Positions 16,923 through 25,167 of a stretch of 39,225 nucleotides of DNA are shown in pieces. The translations under genes were made by a program, and so were the position numbers. How positions within the stretch are numbered: position 1 is the first letter of the stretch; every line of letters begins with the position of its first letter. This DNA is from Candidatus Aenigmatarchaeota archaeon (GTDB taxonomy: Archaea > Aenigmatarchaeota > Aenigmatarchaeia > CG10238-14 > SpSt-28), in assembly GCA_049976365.1 (NCBI GenBank), contig JBMFIJ010000002.1, positions 1-39,225 on the forward strand. The letters are read 5' to 3'. The notes under the pieces are model-generated. The model was not told where the DNA came from. It was given only the letters and a program-made list of their open reading frames with translations, and made no database searches.

Positions 16923-17723
16923 ATGGAATTTGAATTGGAAAGAATTGGGTTAAATAGAGAAGAGAGAATAATTCTTATTTCTTCTCCAAATCCAGTTTAT
17001 GCATATACCAATGAAAGTATAAAGGAAGTTTCCAAAAAGATTTCTGATTCTTTACACAGAAGCTTACCCATAGTTGATAAAAAAATGAATCTGAAAGGTA
17101 TAATCACAATTTCAGATATTTTGAACGCTTTTCTTAAAAAAGAAGATTTTTCAAACAAAATAGAAACAATAATGAGTAGAGAAGTAGTTTTTTGCGAGGC
17201 AAATGAAAGAATAGGTTATGTGCTTCAAAAGATGAAAATTTCGAAAAGAGGAAGATTGCCGGTTATTTCTGCAAATAAGCTAGTTGGAATGGTTTCTGAG
17301 TCGGATTTTATAAGAGAAGCTAAAAGTTTTGAGCCGTTTAAAGATATAGAAATAGAAAACGTGATGACTAAAAAACCGTTTATTGTCCAACCAACATTTT
17401 CTATTTTTGAAACCCTAAGAATAATGGTTAATGGAAAGTATAGAAGATTGCCAGTAGTTTCCAATAAAAAGTTAGTAGGCTACATAACTTCTACTCATCT
17501 TTTCAGACAACTTTATATTAATGATTTCTCCCTTGATTTCCTTAATAAAAAGATAGAAACAATAATGACAAAAAACCCAATAACTATGAGTTTGAACACA
17601 AAATTATCAGAAGCCTTAATTTTAATGAAGGAAAAAAATATAAGTTCATTATTGATAGTTAATTCTAATAACGAGTTAGAAGGAATATTTACTGAGAGAG
17701 ATTTCATAAATCTAATATATTAA
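16923..17723 (+). CDS. Protein with four CBS domains
   Basis: 266 aa. Four repeats end in ...GIITISDIL, ...GMVSESDFI, ...GYITSTHLF and ...GIFTERDFI. Confidence 0.8.
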   Translation: MEFELERIGLNREERIILISSPNPVYAYTNESIKEVSKKISDSLHRSLPIVDKKMNLKGIITISDILNAFLKKEDFSNKIETIMSREVVFCEANERIGYVLQKMKISKRGRLPVISANKLVGMVSESDFIREAKSFEPFKDIEIENVMTKKPFIVQPTFSIFETLRIMVNGKYRRLPVVSNKKLVGYITSTHLFRQLYINDFSLDFLNKKIETIMTKNPITMSLNTKLSEALILMKEKNISSLLIVNSNNELEGIFTERDFINLIY

Positions 17724-18235
17724 CTTTGAAAAGGGAAACTTTCAATAACTTCATAAATTGGCCCATTTTTAGTTAACGTGCTTTTCATCAGTTTTATATT
17801 GTTAACTAGAATTTTTTCATTGATAGAATTTTTTCTGCAGAATTCTATTAGACCTTTCTTATCTTTAACTCTCTTAACTCTAATTAAAGTAAGATGAGGC
17901 GGCTTTACATCTCCACCAATTTTTTCTTCTATTTCTTTGCTTAAATCTTCCAATCCAACAATTTCAATTGCTATAACTCTAAAGAAACTCTCGCTTGGAA
18001 TTAATTTTATTTTAGTTAGAAGAGCTTCTCTTTTCTGATAGTTTTTTGCTAAATCCTTTAGTTTATTTTTAATTTCTCTTATTTTTTCTTCGTTCAACTC
18101 TCCTAAAAATGAAAGAGTTATGTGAATATTTTCTCTCTCTACTTCTTTTCCTTCCACAAAATTTCTTAGTTCTTTTTGAATTTTATAAACTGTTTCATTT
18201 TCTACCGGATAGATTGCTATAAAACATCTAACCAT
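17720..18235 (-). CDS. thpR: RNA 2',3'-cyclic phosphodiesterase / 2'-5' RNA ligase family (2H phosphoesterase)
   Basis: 171 aa. The two H-x-T-x motifs are HITLSFLG and HLTLIRV, at the expected spacing. Confidence 0.85.
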   Translation of the reverse strand: MVRCFIAIYPVENETVYKIQKELRNFVEGKEVERENIHITLSFLGELNEEKIREIKNKLKDLAKNYQKREALLTKIKLIPSESFFRVIAIEIVGLEDLSKEIEEKIGGDVKPPHLTLIRVKRVKDKKGLIEFCRKNSINEKILVNNIKLMKSTLTKNGPIYEVIESFPFQS

Positions 18236-18277
18236 AAATATTTATTTGCAAAATACAACTTAATAAAAGGTGAAAAG

Positions 18278-18541
18278 ATGCCTGCAAAAAATGTTAGAGC
18301 AACTGAAATAATAGGAAGGGCAATAATTAGTTCTGAAACAGGAAAAAAGTTAGGAACAGTAGCTAATGTGGAATTTATAGCAGAAACAGGAGAGCTTTTG
18401 AATATAATCGTAGAAGATGCAACAAGAACCCTTTTGGACCTTAATGTAAAAACAGATTCTAAGGGAAGACCTTTAATACCATTTTCAGCAGTAAGGTCAA
18501 TAGGAGATTTTGTGGTAATTACAGAAAGCGAACTAATCTAG
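18278..18541 (+). CDS. PRC-barrel domain protein (87 aa)
   Basis: MPAKNVRATEIIGRAIISSETGKKLGTVANVEFIAETGELLNIIVED...PLIPFSAVRSIGDFVVI matches the small archaeal PRC-barrel pattern. ATG 18278 is preceded by aaaggtga. The track ORF start at 18176 would overlap thpR. Confidence 0.8.
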   Translation: MPAKNVRATEIIGRAIISSETGKKLGTVANVEFIAETGELLNIIVEDATRTLLDLNVKTDSKGRPLIPFSAVRSIGDFVVITESELI

Positions 18542-20706
18542 AATTCCTTCAAAAGAGTAGCTTGTTTTTCTTCTTGCTCTTTCTTACCTTCTAATTGGCT
18601 CTTTATTTTTATTGCAGTTTTTTCACCTATTATTCTTGCTAAGCTTTCTAAAGGTGCTTTTCTCAAATCTTCAAGAGTTTTAAAACCAGAATTATAGAGT
18701 TTTCTTGCTCTAACTCTTCCTATTCCCTCTAAAGAAACAAGCGGAATTAACTCTTCTTTTATTCCCTTTTCAATTCTAATTCTTAACTTTTTCAGAAATG
18801 TTAAAAAATCCTTCTTTCCTAAAAGAAGAGAAATTTCATGCAAAGAATATAAAAGCCAATCTGAAATTTGAATTCTTGAATATAGCTCTCCAGGAGTAAT
18901 AGAATATTTTTGAAGTATTTCCTCTTCAGTTCTCTCATTAATCCAATCTTTTAAAATTAATGCCATTTTTACACTTTTCTCAAATTCTTCATATTCATAA
19001 TCTTCAGTAGGTAAATCCAATAGAAAATCCTTTTTGTTAGATTCGATTATACTTTCTATTTCTGACAGTTCAGACATCTTTATTGAAGGTAGAGGTATCA
19101 TTTCTATGGAAGAGGAAATTAATTGCAAAACAGAAAGCTCTGTCAGTTTTTTATTTGATTTTAAACCATCAACAAAAATTTTTCCAGTTAGAGGATCTAA
19201 ATACAATTCTGATATTCTCTTTCCAAGTCTGGTTGCTTCAATTTTACTATTTTCAACTTCTATAAATCCCCACTCTTCTAAATTTTCAATAATTTCTTCT
19301 ATCTTTTCTTCAATTATATAAACATCATATCTGTAAGCAAAGAATGTTGATGAAAAAAATTCAAGCAGAGATTTTTTCTTTTTACAAAAGTCGCTAGCTA
19401 TTAAAGCTAGGGTGTGCATTCTTAAAGCAGGCTCAGAAGCTAATTTAGAGGTTATTGGTTCAGGTTCGCCAAGTATAAACTTTTCCTTAAGCTCCTCTGC
19501 TTCATCTTCATCTTTAGCTAATAGAATTGATTCCCCAAATTTATCAAATCTTGGTCTCCCCGCCCTTCCAATCATTTGATAATATTCTAAAGTTGGTATG
19601 TAGATTGATCCGTAAAGAGGATGATATCTTCTAGCTTCTCTTATTAAAACTCTAAAGGCTGGTAAGTCAACACCAGCCGCTAAAGTAGTTGTAGCTACCA
19701 AAACTTTAATTAACCCTTTTCTGAAATTTTCTTCTATAATTCTTCTTTGCTTTCCAACTAATCCAGAATGATGAAACGCAACTCCATTTTTAACACAATT
19801 AGCTAACTTTTTACATTGTTGTGTTGGAACCTCTAAAACATTTTCTATTTCTTCAGCTATTTTTTGAAGATAAGAGATATCACTTTTACCAATATTTTTG
19901 CCAACGATTTTTGAAAGCCTTTCAGCTAAAGCTTCTACACTCCTTCTTGTAGAACAAAAAATAAGAATTTGCTTATTTTTGGATATTGTATCTAAAACAA
20001 TTGCTTCTTCCAAATCAAAGCTTTCGTTTAGTTTAACTTCTTCTTTATCTAAAAATTCTATCTTAGAATCAAAAGCTACACCTTGATACAACTTAACAGG
20101 TCTAAAATTACTTTCTAACAATTCGGCATTTAACCAATCAGCCATTTCTTTAGCATTTTTAATAGTTGCAGACAATCCAATGATTTTCAGATTCTTTAAA
20201 CTTTTTCTCAATTTAGTAATCAATATTTCAAGTGTCGGTCCTCTAGAAGTTTCAGTTAATAAATGTATTTCATCTACAATTAATAATCCAACATCTCTAA
20301 TCCAATCCGCTTTGTGTCTAAGTAAAGAATCAGCCTTTTCATTAGTGCAAACAATTATGTCATAATTTTGTAACCAGGGATCGCTTGAATCAAAATCTGA
20401 AACAGAAATAGCTACTTTATATTCACTAAAAAATTCTTTGAATATTTCATATTTTTCGAATGCTAAAGCAACCAAAGGTGAAGTATACAAAACTTTTTTA
20501 CCTTCTTCTAAGGTTTTTATTATTGCTAGCATTGCCATTAAAGTTTTTCCAGAAGCAGTTGGCGTTGAAATTATACAGTTTTTTTCAAACAATCCTCTTT
20601 TTACAAATTCTTCTTGAGGTGGATAGAAGTTTTCAATTTTGAGTTTTTTTATTTTTTCAATCCATTTTTCTTCAAACCCAAAATTTTTTAACTCATCAAC
20701 TTTCAT
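18538..20706 (-). CDS. hel308: Hel308 / Ski2-like DNA helicase
   Basis: Walker A TPTASGKT, DEIH box, SAT, helicase C motifs (QMIGRAGR) and a C-terminal helix-hairpin-helix (GIGRVRARKLYNSGF). The ORF is open to 20745. The Met at 20706 (MKVDELKNFGF...) matches the usual Hel308 N-terminus and avoids overlap with the upstream part of kae1. Confidence 0.93.
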   Translation of the reverse strand: MKVDELKNFGFEEKWIEKIKKLKIENFYPPQEEFVKRGLFEKNCIISTPTASGKTLMAMLAIIKTLEEGKKVLYTSPLVALAFEKYEIFKEFFSEYKVAISVSDFDSSDPWLQNYDIIVCTNEKADSLLRHKADWIRDVGLLIVDEIHLLTETSRGPTLEILITKLRKSLKNLKIIGLSATIKNAKEMADWLNAELLESNFRPVKLYQGVAFDSKIEFLDKEEVKLNESFDLEEAIVLDTISKNKQILIFCSTRRSVEALAERLSKIVGKNIGKSDISYLQKIAEEIENVLEVPTQQCKKLANCVKNGVAFHHSGLVGKQRRIIEENFRKGLIKVLVATTTLAAGVDLPAFRVLIREARRYHPLYGSIYIPTLEYYQMIGRAGRPRFDKFGESILLAKDEDEAEELKEKFILGEPEPITSKLASEPALRMHTLALIASDFCKKKKSLLEFFSSTFFAYRYDVYIIEEKIEEIIENLEEWGFIEVENSKIEATRLGKRISELYLDPLTGKIFVDGLKSNKKLTELSVLQLISSSIEMIPLPSIKMSELSEIESIIESNKKDFLLDLPTEDYEYEEFEKSVKMALILKDWINERTEEEILQKYSITPGELYSRIQISDWLLYSLHEISLLLGKKDFLTFLKKLRIRIEKGIKEELIPLVSLEGIGRVRARKLYNSGFKTLEDLRKAPLESLARIIGEKTAIKIKSQLEGKKEQEEKQATLLKEF

Positions 20707-20759
20707 ATTTAATTTTTCTTTTGAATAAGAAAGTATGAGAGACAAAAAATTAATATCAA

Positions 20760-21737
20760 TTGGCTTCGAAGGTACTGCACTTTAAAAGCGGATATACCTT
20801 CGGAGTTGGAATAATAGATGAAGATGGGAAGATTTTATCAGATGAAAGAGATACATATAAGCCGCCAGCTGGAAAAGGAATAATCCCAACAGAAGCTAAA
20901 AGACATCATGAAAGTGTTTCAAAAATTTTATTCGAGCAAGCCCTAAAAAATTCTGGTTTAAGTATTGATGAAATAGACATTATTTCATACTCTATGGGTC
21001 CTGGATTACCACCACCTCTTCTCTATACAGCTAAATTTGCATACGAAATTTCTAAAAAATTTAAAAAACCAATAGTTGGTGTACATCATGGCATATCTCA
21101 TATAGAAATTGGAAGATTGTTGACTGGTTGTAAAGATGCAGTTGTTGTTTATCTTTCCGGTGGTCATAACGCAATTTTAGCCTATGTTAATGATTCCTAT
21201 AAAGTTTTTGGAGAAACTGAAGACATAACTATCGGAAATTTGTTGGATACTGTTGCGAGAAGTATAGGTTTAGAAATGCCAGGAGGACCTAAAATAGAAG
21301 AGTTAGCAAAGAATGGAAAGCAATATATTCCTCTTCCCTACACTGTAAAGGGTATGGATGTTTCTTTTTCAGGAATTCAAACGGCAGTTTTGAAATTAAT
21401 CAATAAATACAAAAAAGAAGACATAGCATTTTCTTTACAGGAGACTTGTTTTGCAATGTTAACAGAGGTTACAGAAAGAGCATTAGCACATACAGAAAAG
21501 AACGAAGTTTTATTGGTAGGTGGAGTTGCTGCCAATAAGAGGCTTCAAGAAATGATGAAGATAATGTGTGAGGAAAGAGGAGCTAAATTTTATGTAGTTC
21601 CTCATAAATACTCTTCTGATAATGGTGTTATGATAGCATGGACTGGCTTGCTAGCTTACAAGAGAAATCTAATAGAAAATACAAAAGATTTAATAAAACC
21701 AAGATGGAGGATAGATGAAGTTAAATGGTTTATTTGA
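20760..21737 (+). CDS. kae1: Kae1 (tRNA N6-adenosine threonylcarbamoyltransferase, KEOPS catalytic subunit); the N-terminal strand is encoded in another frame upstream
   Basis: Typical Kae1 motifs: GVGIID, SMGPGL, VGVHHGISHIE, YLSGGH, GETEDITIGN, GGPKIEELA, VLLVGGVAAN, DNGVMIAW. The conserved N-terminal IG(I/F)EGTA segment is in the -1 frame, at ATG 20735 to TAA 20783-20785 (see findings). Confidence 0.9.
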   Translation: MASKVLHFKSGYTFGVGIIDEDGKILSDERDTYKPPAGKGIIPTEAKRHHESVSKILFEQALKNSGLSIDEIDIISYSMGPGLPPPLLYTAKFAYEISKKFKKPIVGVHHGISHIEIGRLLTGCKDAVVVYLSGGHNAILAYVNDSYKVFGETEDITIGNLLDTVARSIGLEMPGGPKIEELAKNGKQYIPLPYTVKGMDVSFSGIQTAVLKLINKYKKEDIAFSLQETCFAMLTEVTERALAHTEKNEVLLVGGVAANKRLQEMMKIMCEERGAKFYVVPHKYSSDNGVMIAWTGLLAYKRNLIENTKDLIKPRWRIDEVKWFI

Positions 21738-21754
21738 AAAAACAATAATTTTTT

Positions 21755-21964
21755 ATGATACTTAAAAGAGAAACGTTTGATAAAATATTGAAGTTTTACG
21801 GAGCTAAAAGAGTTTCTCCAGAAGCAGCAGAATTGCTAGCTAAAATAGTAGAAGAAAAAATTTCATATTTGATAAAAGAAGCATGGTCTTATGCCAAACA
21901 TGCGAAAAGAAACACTCTTTTTGCTGAAGATGTTTTATTGGCTAGGAAAAAGTTAAATATCTAA
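21755..21964 (+). CDS. Archaeal histone (single histone fold)
   Basis: 69 aa. GAKRVSPEAAELLAKIVEEKISYLIKEAWSYAKHAKRNTLFAEDVLLA follows the HMf-family pattern (GA.RVS..A......A...A.HAgRKTv...Dv.lA). Confidence 0.88.
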   Translation: MILKRETFDKILKFYGAKRVSPEAAELLAKIVEEKISYLIKEAWSYAKHAKRNTLFAEDVLLARKKLNI

Positions 21965-21986
21965 TTCTTAAAATCGAATTAATTTT

Positions 21987-22919
21987 ATGAGTGTTGAAAA
22001 TCTGTTGCAAGAATTAGAGAAAAAGTCTGGGTTGAGAAGAGAAGAATTAATGAAAAGAATAGAGAAGAAAATTCTTGAGTTAGATAATTTGATAACAATT
22101 GAGGGAGCTATTTATTTAGTTGCTAGAGATCTTGGAATAGAATTGCCAGCAGAAAGGAGAAAGGTAAAAATTTCAAGTATATTGCCTGGAACAAGAAAAG
22201 TAAGTTTTACAGGAAGAGTCTTCAAAATTTCAAAAATTGTAGAGTTTGATGTTGGTGGAAGAAAAGGAAGAGTTGTAAATCTTTTTATTGGTGATGAAAC
22301 TGGTTATGTTAAAGTTCCTTTATGGAATGATCAAGTTGATTATTTGAATCAGAGAAAAATAAGCGTTGGCTCAATAGTACAAATAATAAATGGTTTTGCT
22401 AAAGAAGGAAATTATGGCGAAGTAGAAGTTTCTCTCGGAAATTTTGGTATAATTAGGGTTATCGATAAAGATGAAGGTTTACCGTCTGCTGAAGAACTTC
22501 TTCAGAAATTTTCTTCCTTCGAAAGAATAAAAATTAAAGATATTAGAGTTGGTAATTTTGAAATAGTTGGTTTTATTGTGAAAGTTTTGAAATCGAATTA
22601 TATTTATCAATCAAACGGAGAAAAAGCCTTGATTTTACCAACTATAATTGATGATGGTACAGGAGATATTAGAGTTGTATTTTTTAGAGAGTTAGCAGAA
22701 GAAGTTGCATCAACAACTGTTAATGAAATTGAAAAATTGGAAGAAGAAAAAAGAAAAAGATTTCTAGAAGAGAGAGTTTTAGGTAAGGAAGTTATTGTTC
22801 AAGGGAGAGTAAAAAAGAATGATATATATGATAGATTAGAAATGGTAGCAACTTATGTAAAGCCTTTTAACCCTACAGAAGAAAGTTATAAATTGGTGGA
22901 GGAGTTAGAAAATGCCTGA
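21987..22919 (+). CDS. rpa: Replication protein A-like ssDNA-binding protein (two OB folds, no zinc finger)
   Basis: 310 aa. An N-terminal helical domain ([18 protein letters not shown]) is followed by OB-fold signatures [21 protein letters not shown] and [17 protein letters not shown]. There are no Cys residues. The 3' end overlaps radA by 8 nt. Confidence 0.85.
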   Translation: MSVENLLQELEKKSGLRREELMKRIEKKILELDNLITIEGAIYLVARDLGIELPAERRKVKISSILPGTRKVSFTGRVFKISKIVEFDVGGRKGRVVNLFIGDETGYVKVPLWNDQVDYLNQRKISVGSIVQIINGFAKEGNYGEVEVSLGNFGIIRVIDKDEGLPSAEELLQKFSSFERIKIKDIRVGNFEIVGFIVKVLKSNYIYQSNGEKALILPTIIDDGTGDIRVVFFRELAEEVASTTVNEIEKLEEEKRKRFLEERVLGKEVIVQGRVKKNDIYDRLEMVATYVKPFNPTEESYKLVEELENA

Positions 22920-23868
22920 AAAAGAAATAAGGCTTGAAGATATTCCTGGAGTTGGACCAAAGATAGCTGAAAAGCTAAGAGAAGTTGGCTTTACAGATCC
23001 TATGGCAATTGCTGTTATTTCTCCAAGCGAATTGGCAGCTATTGCTGAGATAGGAGAGGGACAAGCAGCTAAAATTATTGCTAATGTGAGAGAGCTTTTA
23101 GATATTGGTTTAACAACTGCAGACAAAATACTTGAAAGAAAGCAAAAAGCTCTAAGAATAACAACTGGAAGCAAGGCCTTAGATGATTTGCTTGGTGGAG
23201 GAATAGAAACACAAGCAATTACAGAGACATATGGTCCTTTTGGTAGCGGTAAAACACAGCTAGCACACCAATTAGCAGTTAATGTTCAATTGCCTCCTGA
23301 AAAGAAAGGCTTAGGTAAAACCGTTGTTTATATAGATTGTGAAGGAACATTTAGCCCAACTAGAATAGTTTCTATGGCACAAGCAAAAGGTTTAGATCCG
23401 CAAAAAGCTCTTAAGAATGTTTTTGTTGCTAGAGCTTTTAACGCTGAACATCAAATGTTCATCGTTGAAAAATTGAGAGAACAAATAGCTGAAAAAAATA
23501 TTGGCTTAATTATAATTGATTCGATAACTTCTCATTTCAGAGCCGAATATATAGGAAGAGGAGAATTGGCAGAAAGACAGCAAAAATTAAATAAACATTT
23601 ACATTCATTGCAAAGATTAGCAGATGCGTTCAATTTAGCAGTTTATATAACCAATCAAGTTATGGCCGATCCTTCTGTTATTTTTGGTGATCCAACAAGG
23701 CCAGTTGGTGGTCATGTGTTAGGACATTTTTCTTCGTATAGAATTTATCTGAGGAAAAGTAGGGAAAATATAAGAGTAGCAAGACTTATAGATGCCCCAA
23801 ACTTACCAGAAAGGGAAGTAACTTTTAAAATAACAGAAGAAGGTATAAAAGACGTAGAGGAAAAATAA
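22912..23868 (+). CDS. radA: RadA recombinase
   Basis: 318 aa. It has an N-terminal HhH ([20 protein letters not shown]), Walker [10 protein letters not shown], Walker B LIIIDS and the typical RadA/Rad51 C-terminal part. Confidence 0.95.
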   Translation: MPEKEIRLEDIPGVGPKIAEKLREVGFTDPMAIAVISPSELAAIAEIGEGQAAKIIANVRELLDIGLTTADKILERKQKALRITTGSKALDDLLGGGIETQAITETYGPFGSGKTQLAHQLAVNVQLPPEKKGLGKTVVYIDCEGTFSPTRIVSMAQAKGLDPQKALKNVFVARAFNAEHQMFIVEKLREQIAEKNIGLIIIDSITSHFRAEYIGRGELAERQQKLNKHLHSLQRLADAFNLAVYITNQVMADPSVIFGDPTRPVGGHVLGHFSSYRIYLRKSRENIRVARLIDAPNLPEREVTFKITEEGIKDVEEK

Positions 23869-23871
23869 AGA

Positions 23872-24507
23872 ATGGAAATTATAAAAAGAGGAGCTGAAGC
23901 TATACTTTACATTGATTTCTTTGAAAATAGAAAAGTTTTAGTTAAAGAAAGAATTAAAAAAAGCTATAGATTAGAAGAGTTAGATAAAAAACTAAGGATT
24001 GAAAGAACTAGAAAAGAAGTAAGACTTTTAACTGAGGCTAGAAAGATAGGCGTTAATACCCCTCAAATATTTCATGTAGATGAGGAAAATGGAAAAATTG
24101 TTATGGAGTTCATAGAAGGTAAAAGACTTAAAGATATTATGGAAAGTTTAACAGAAGAAGAAATTGTTGATATTTTCCAAAAAATCGGGGAAGATATAGG
24201 AAGGATGCATTCCATGGATATAATTCATGGCGATTTAACAACTAGTAACATGATTTTAAAGGACGAAAAGATATACTTTATTGATTTTGGGTTGGGATTT
24301 TTTTCTAAAAGAATTGAGGATAAAGGTGTTGATTTAAATCTTTTGAGAGAAGCAATAAGGGCAACTCATCCAAAACTTTTAAACTTATGTTGGCAAAATA
24401 TTCTAATTGGCTATAAAAAAAGTTTTAAAGATTGGGAAAAAGTAATTAAAAAGGTTGATGAAATTGAAAGACGCGCTAGGTATGTTGAAAGGAGCAGTAA
24501 AGATTAG
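23872..24507 (+). CDS. bud32: Bud32 / PRPK-type small atypical kinase (KEOPS subunit)
   Basis: 211 aa. Motifs are KRGAEAILY, the catalytic loop IIHGDLTTSNMIL, and IDFGL. Confidence 0.9.
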   Translation: MEIIKRGAEAILYIDFFENRKVLVKERIKKSYRLEELDKKLRIERTRKEVRLLTEARKIGVNTPQIFHVDEENGKIVMEFIEGKRLKDIMESLTEEEIVDIFQKIGEDIGRMHSMDIIHGDLTTSNMILKDEKIYFIDFGLGFFSKRIEDKGVDLNLLREAIRATHPKLLNLCWQNILIGYKKSFKDWEKVIKKVDEIERRARYVERSSKD

Positions 24508-24709
24508 AGGAAAGAATAGAATTGAAACTTTTGAGAACATTTTTGTAATAGTATTGGTTTTATCAAGCATTTCTTTATCAATTTTTATAGGAATTTCTGG
24601 CATTTTTCCTAAAGGTTGGCCAGTTATAGGAATAATGCTTTCAAGCTTTTTCGTTTTTATTTCAATTATATCTCTCATACTCATATGGATAATTAAAGAG
24701 GTGAAATAA
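24455..24709 (+). CDS. Small two-TM membrane protein (start uncertain; Met at 24482 also possible)
   Basis: The 84-aa ORF contains two clear hydrophobic helices (IFVIVLVLSSISLSIFIGISGIF and VIGIMLSSFFVFISIISLILIWII). Its TAA shares one nt with the rps15 ATG (TAATG at 24707-24711). The 5' end overlaps bud32. Confidence 0.55.
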   Translation: MMKLKDALGMLKGAVKIRGKNRIETFENIFVIVLVLSSISLSIFIGISGIFPKGWPVIGIMLSSFFVFISIISLILIWIIKEVK

Positions 24710-25167
24710 TGGCGAGAATGTACTCTAGAAAAAAAGGGAAGTCAAGAAGCCATAAACCCCCAATAAGAGTTGTGCCTAGATGGTTTGAGATGAAAAAAGA
24801 AGAAGTAGAAAAACTGGTTATAGACCTTGCTAAGAAAGGCTATTCTTCAGCGATGATAGGAACTATTTTGAGAGACCAATATGGTGTTCCTGATGTTAAA
24901 ACTATTGTCGGAAAATCTATAACTCAGATAATGAAGGAAAATAATCTTTATCCAGAATACCCAGAAGAATTGTTAAATCTTTTTAAAAAGGCTGTAAATT
25001 TACACGATCATTTGGTTAAAAATAAGAAAGATAAAACTTCTAAAAAAGGCATGGAAAACCTAATTTCCAAGATTAACAGACTAATAAAATATTACAAGAG
25101 AAGAAAAGTTTTACCAAAAGACTTTCAGTTCGATATAGAAAAGGCAAGACTAATTATACAAAAGTGA
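24709..25167 (+). CDS. rps15: Ribosomal protein uS15 (S15P/S13e)
   Basis: 152 aa. MARMYSRKKGKSRSHKP is the typical archaeal/eukaryotic uS15 N-terminus, with a conserved C-terminal helical domain. Confidence 0.93.
   Translation: MARMYSRKKGKSRSHKPPIRVVPRWFEMKKEEVEKLVIDLAKKGYSSAMIGTILRDQYGVPDVKTIVGKSITQIMKENNLYPEYPEELLNLFKKAVNLHDHLVKNKKDKTSKKGMENLISKINRLIKYYKRRKVLPKDFQFDIEKARLIIQK

Noticed and set aside
18176-18277. Upstream extension of the PRC-barrel ORF
   Set aside because: It overlaps the 5' end of thpR on the opposite strand, and its translation (MNFINCFIFYRIDCYKTSNHKYLFAKYN...) is atypical. ATG 18278 has a GGTGA upstream.
19034-19321. 95-aa + strand ORF inside hel308 (also 19083-19265, 19898-20086, 20180-20365, 20460-20642)
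   Set aside because: All lie antisense to the motif-complete helicase gene, and none has a recognisable motif.
22905-23174. 89-aa - strand ORF
   Set aside because: It is antisense to the radA N-terminal region and has an A/S/I-rich shadow-frame translation.
24403-24684. 93-aa - strand ORF
   Set aside because: It is antisense to the bud32 3' end and the small membrane protein gene. The + strand reading is favoured by TAATG coupling to rps15.
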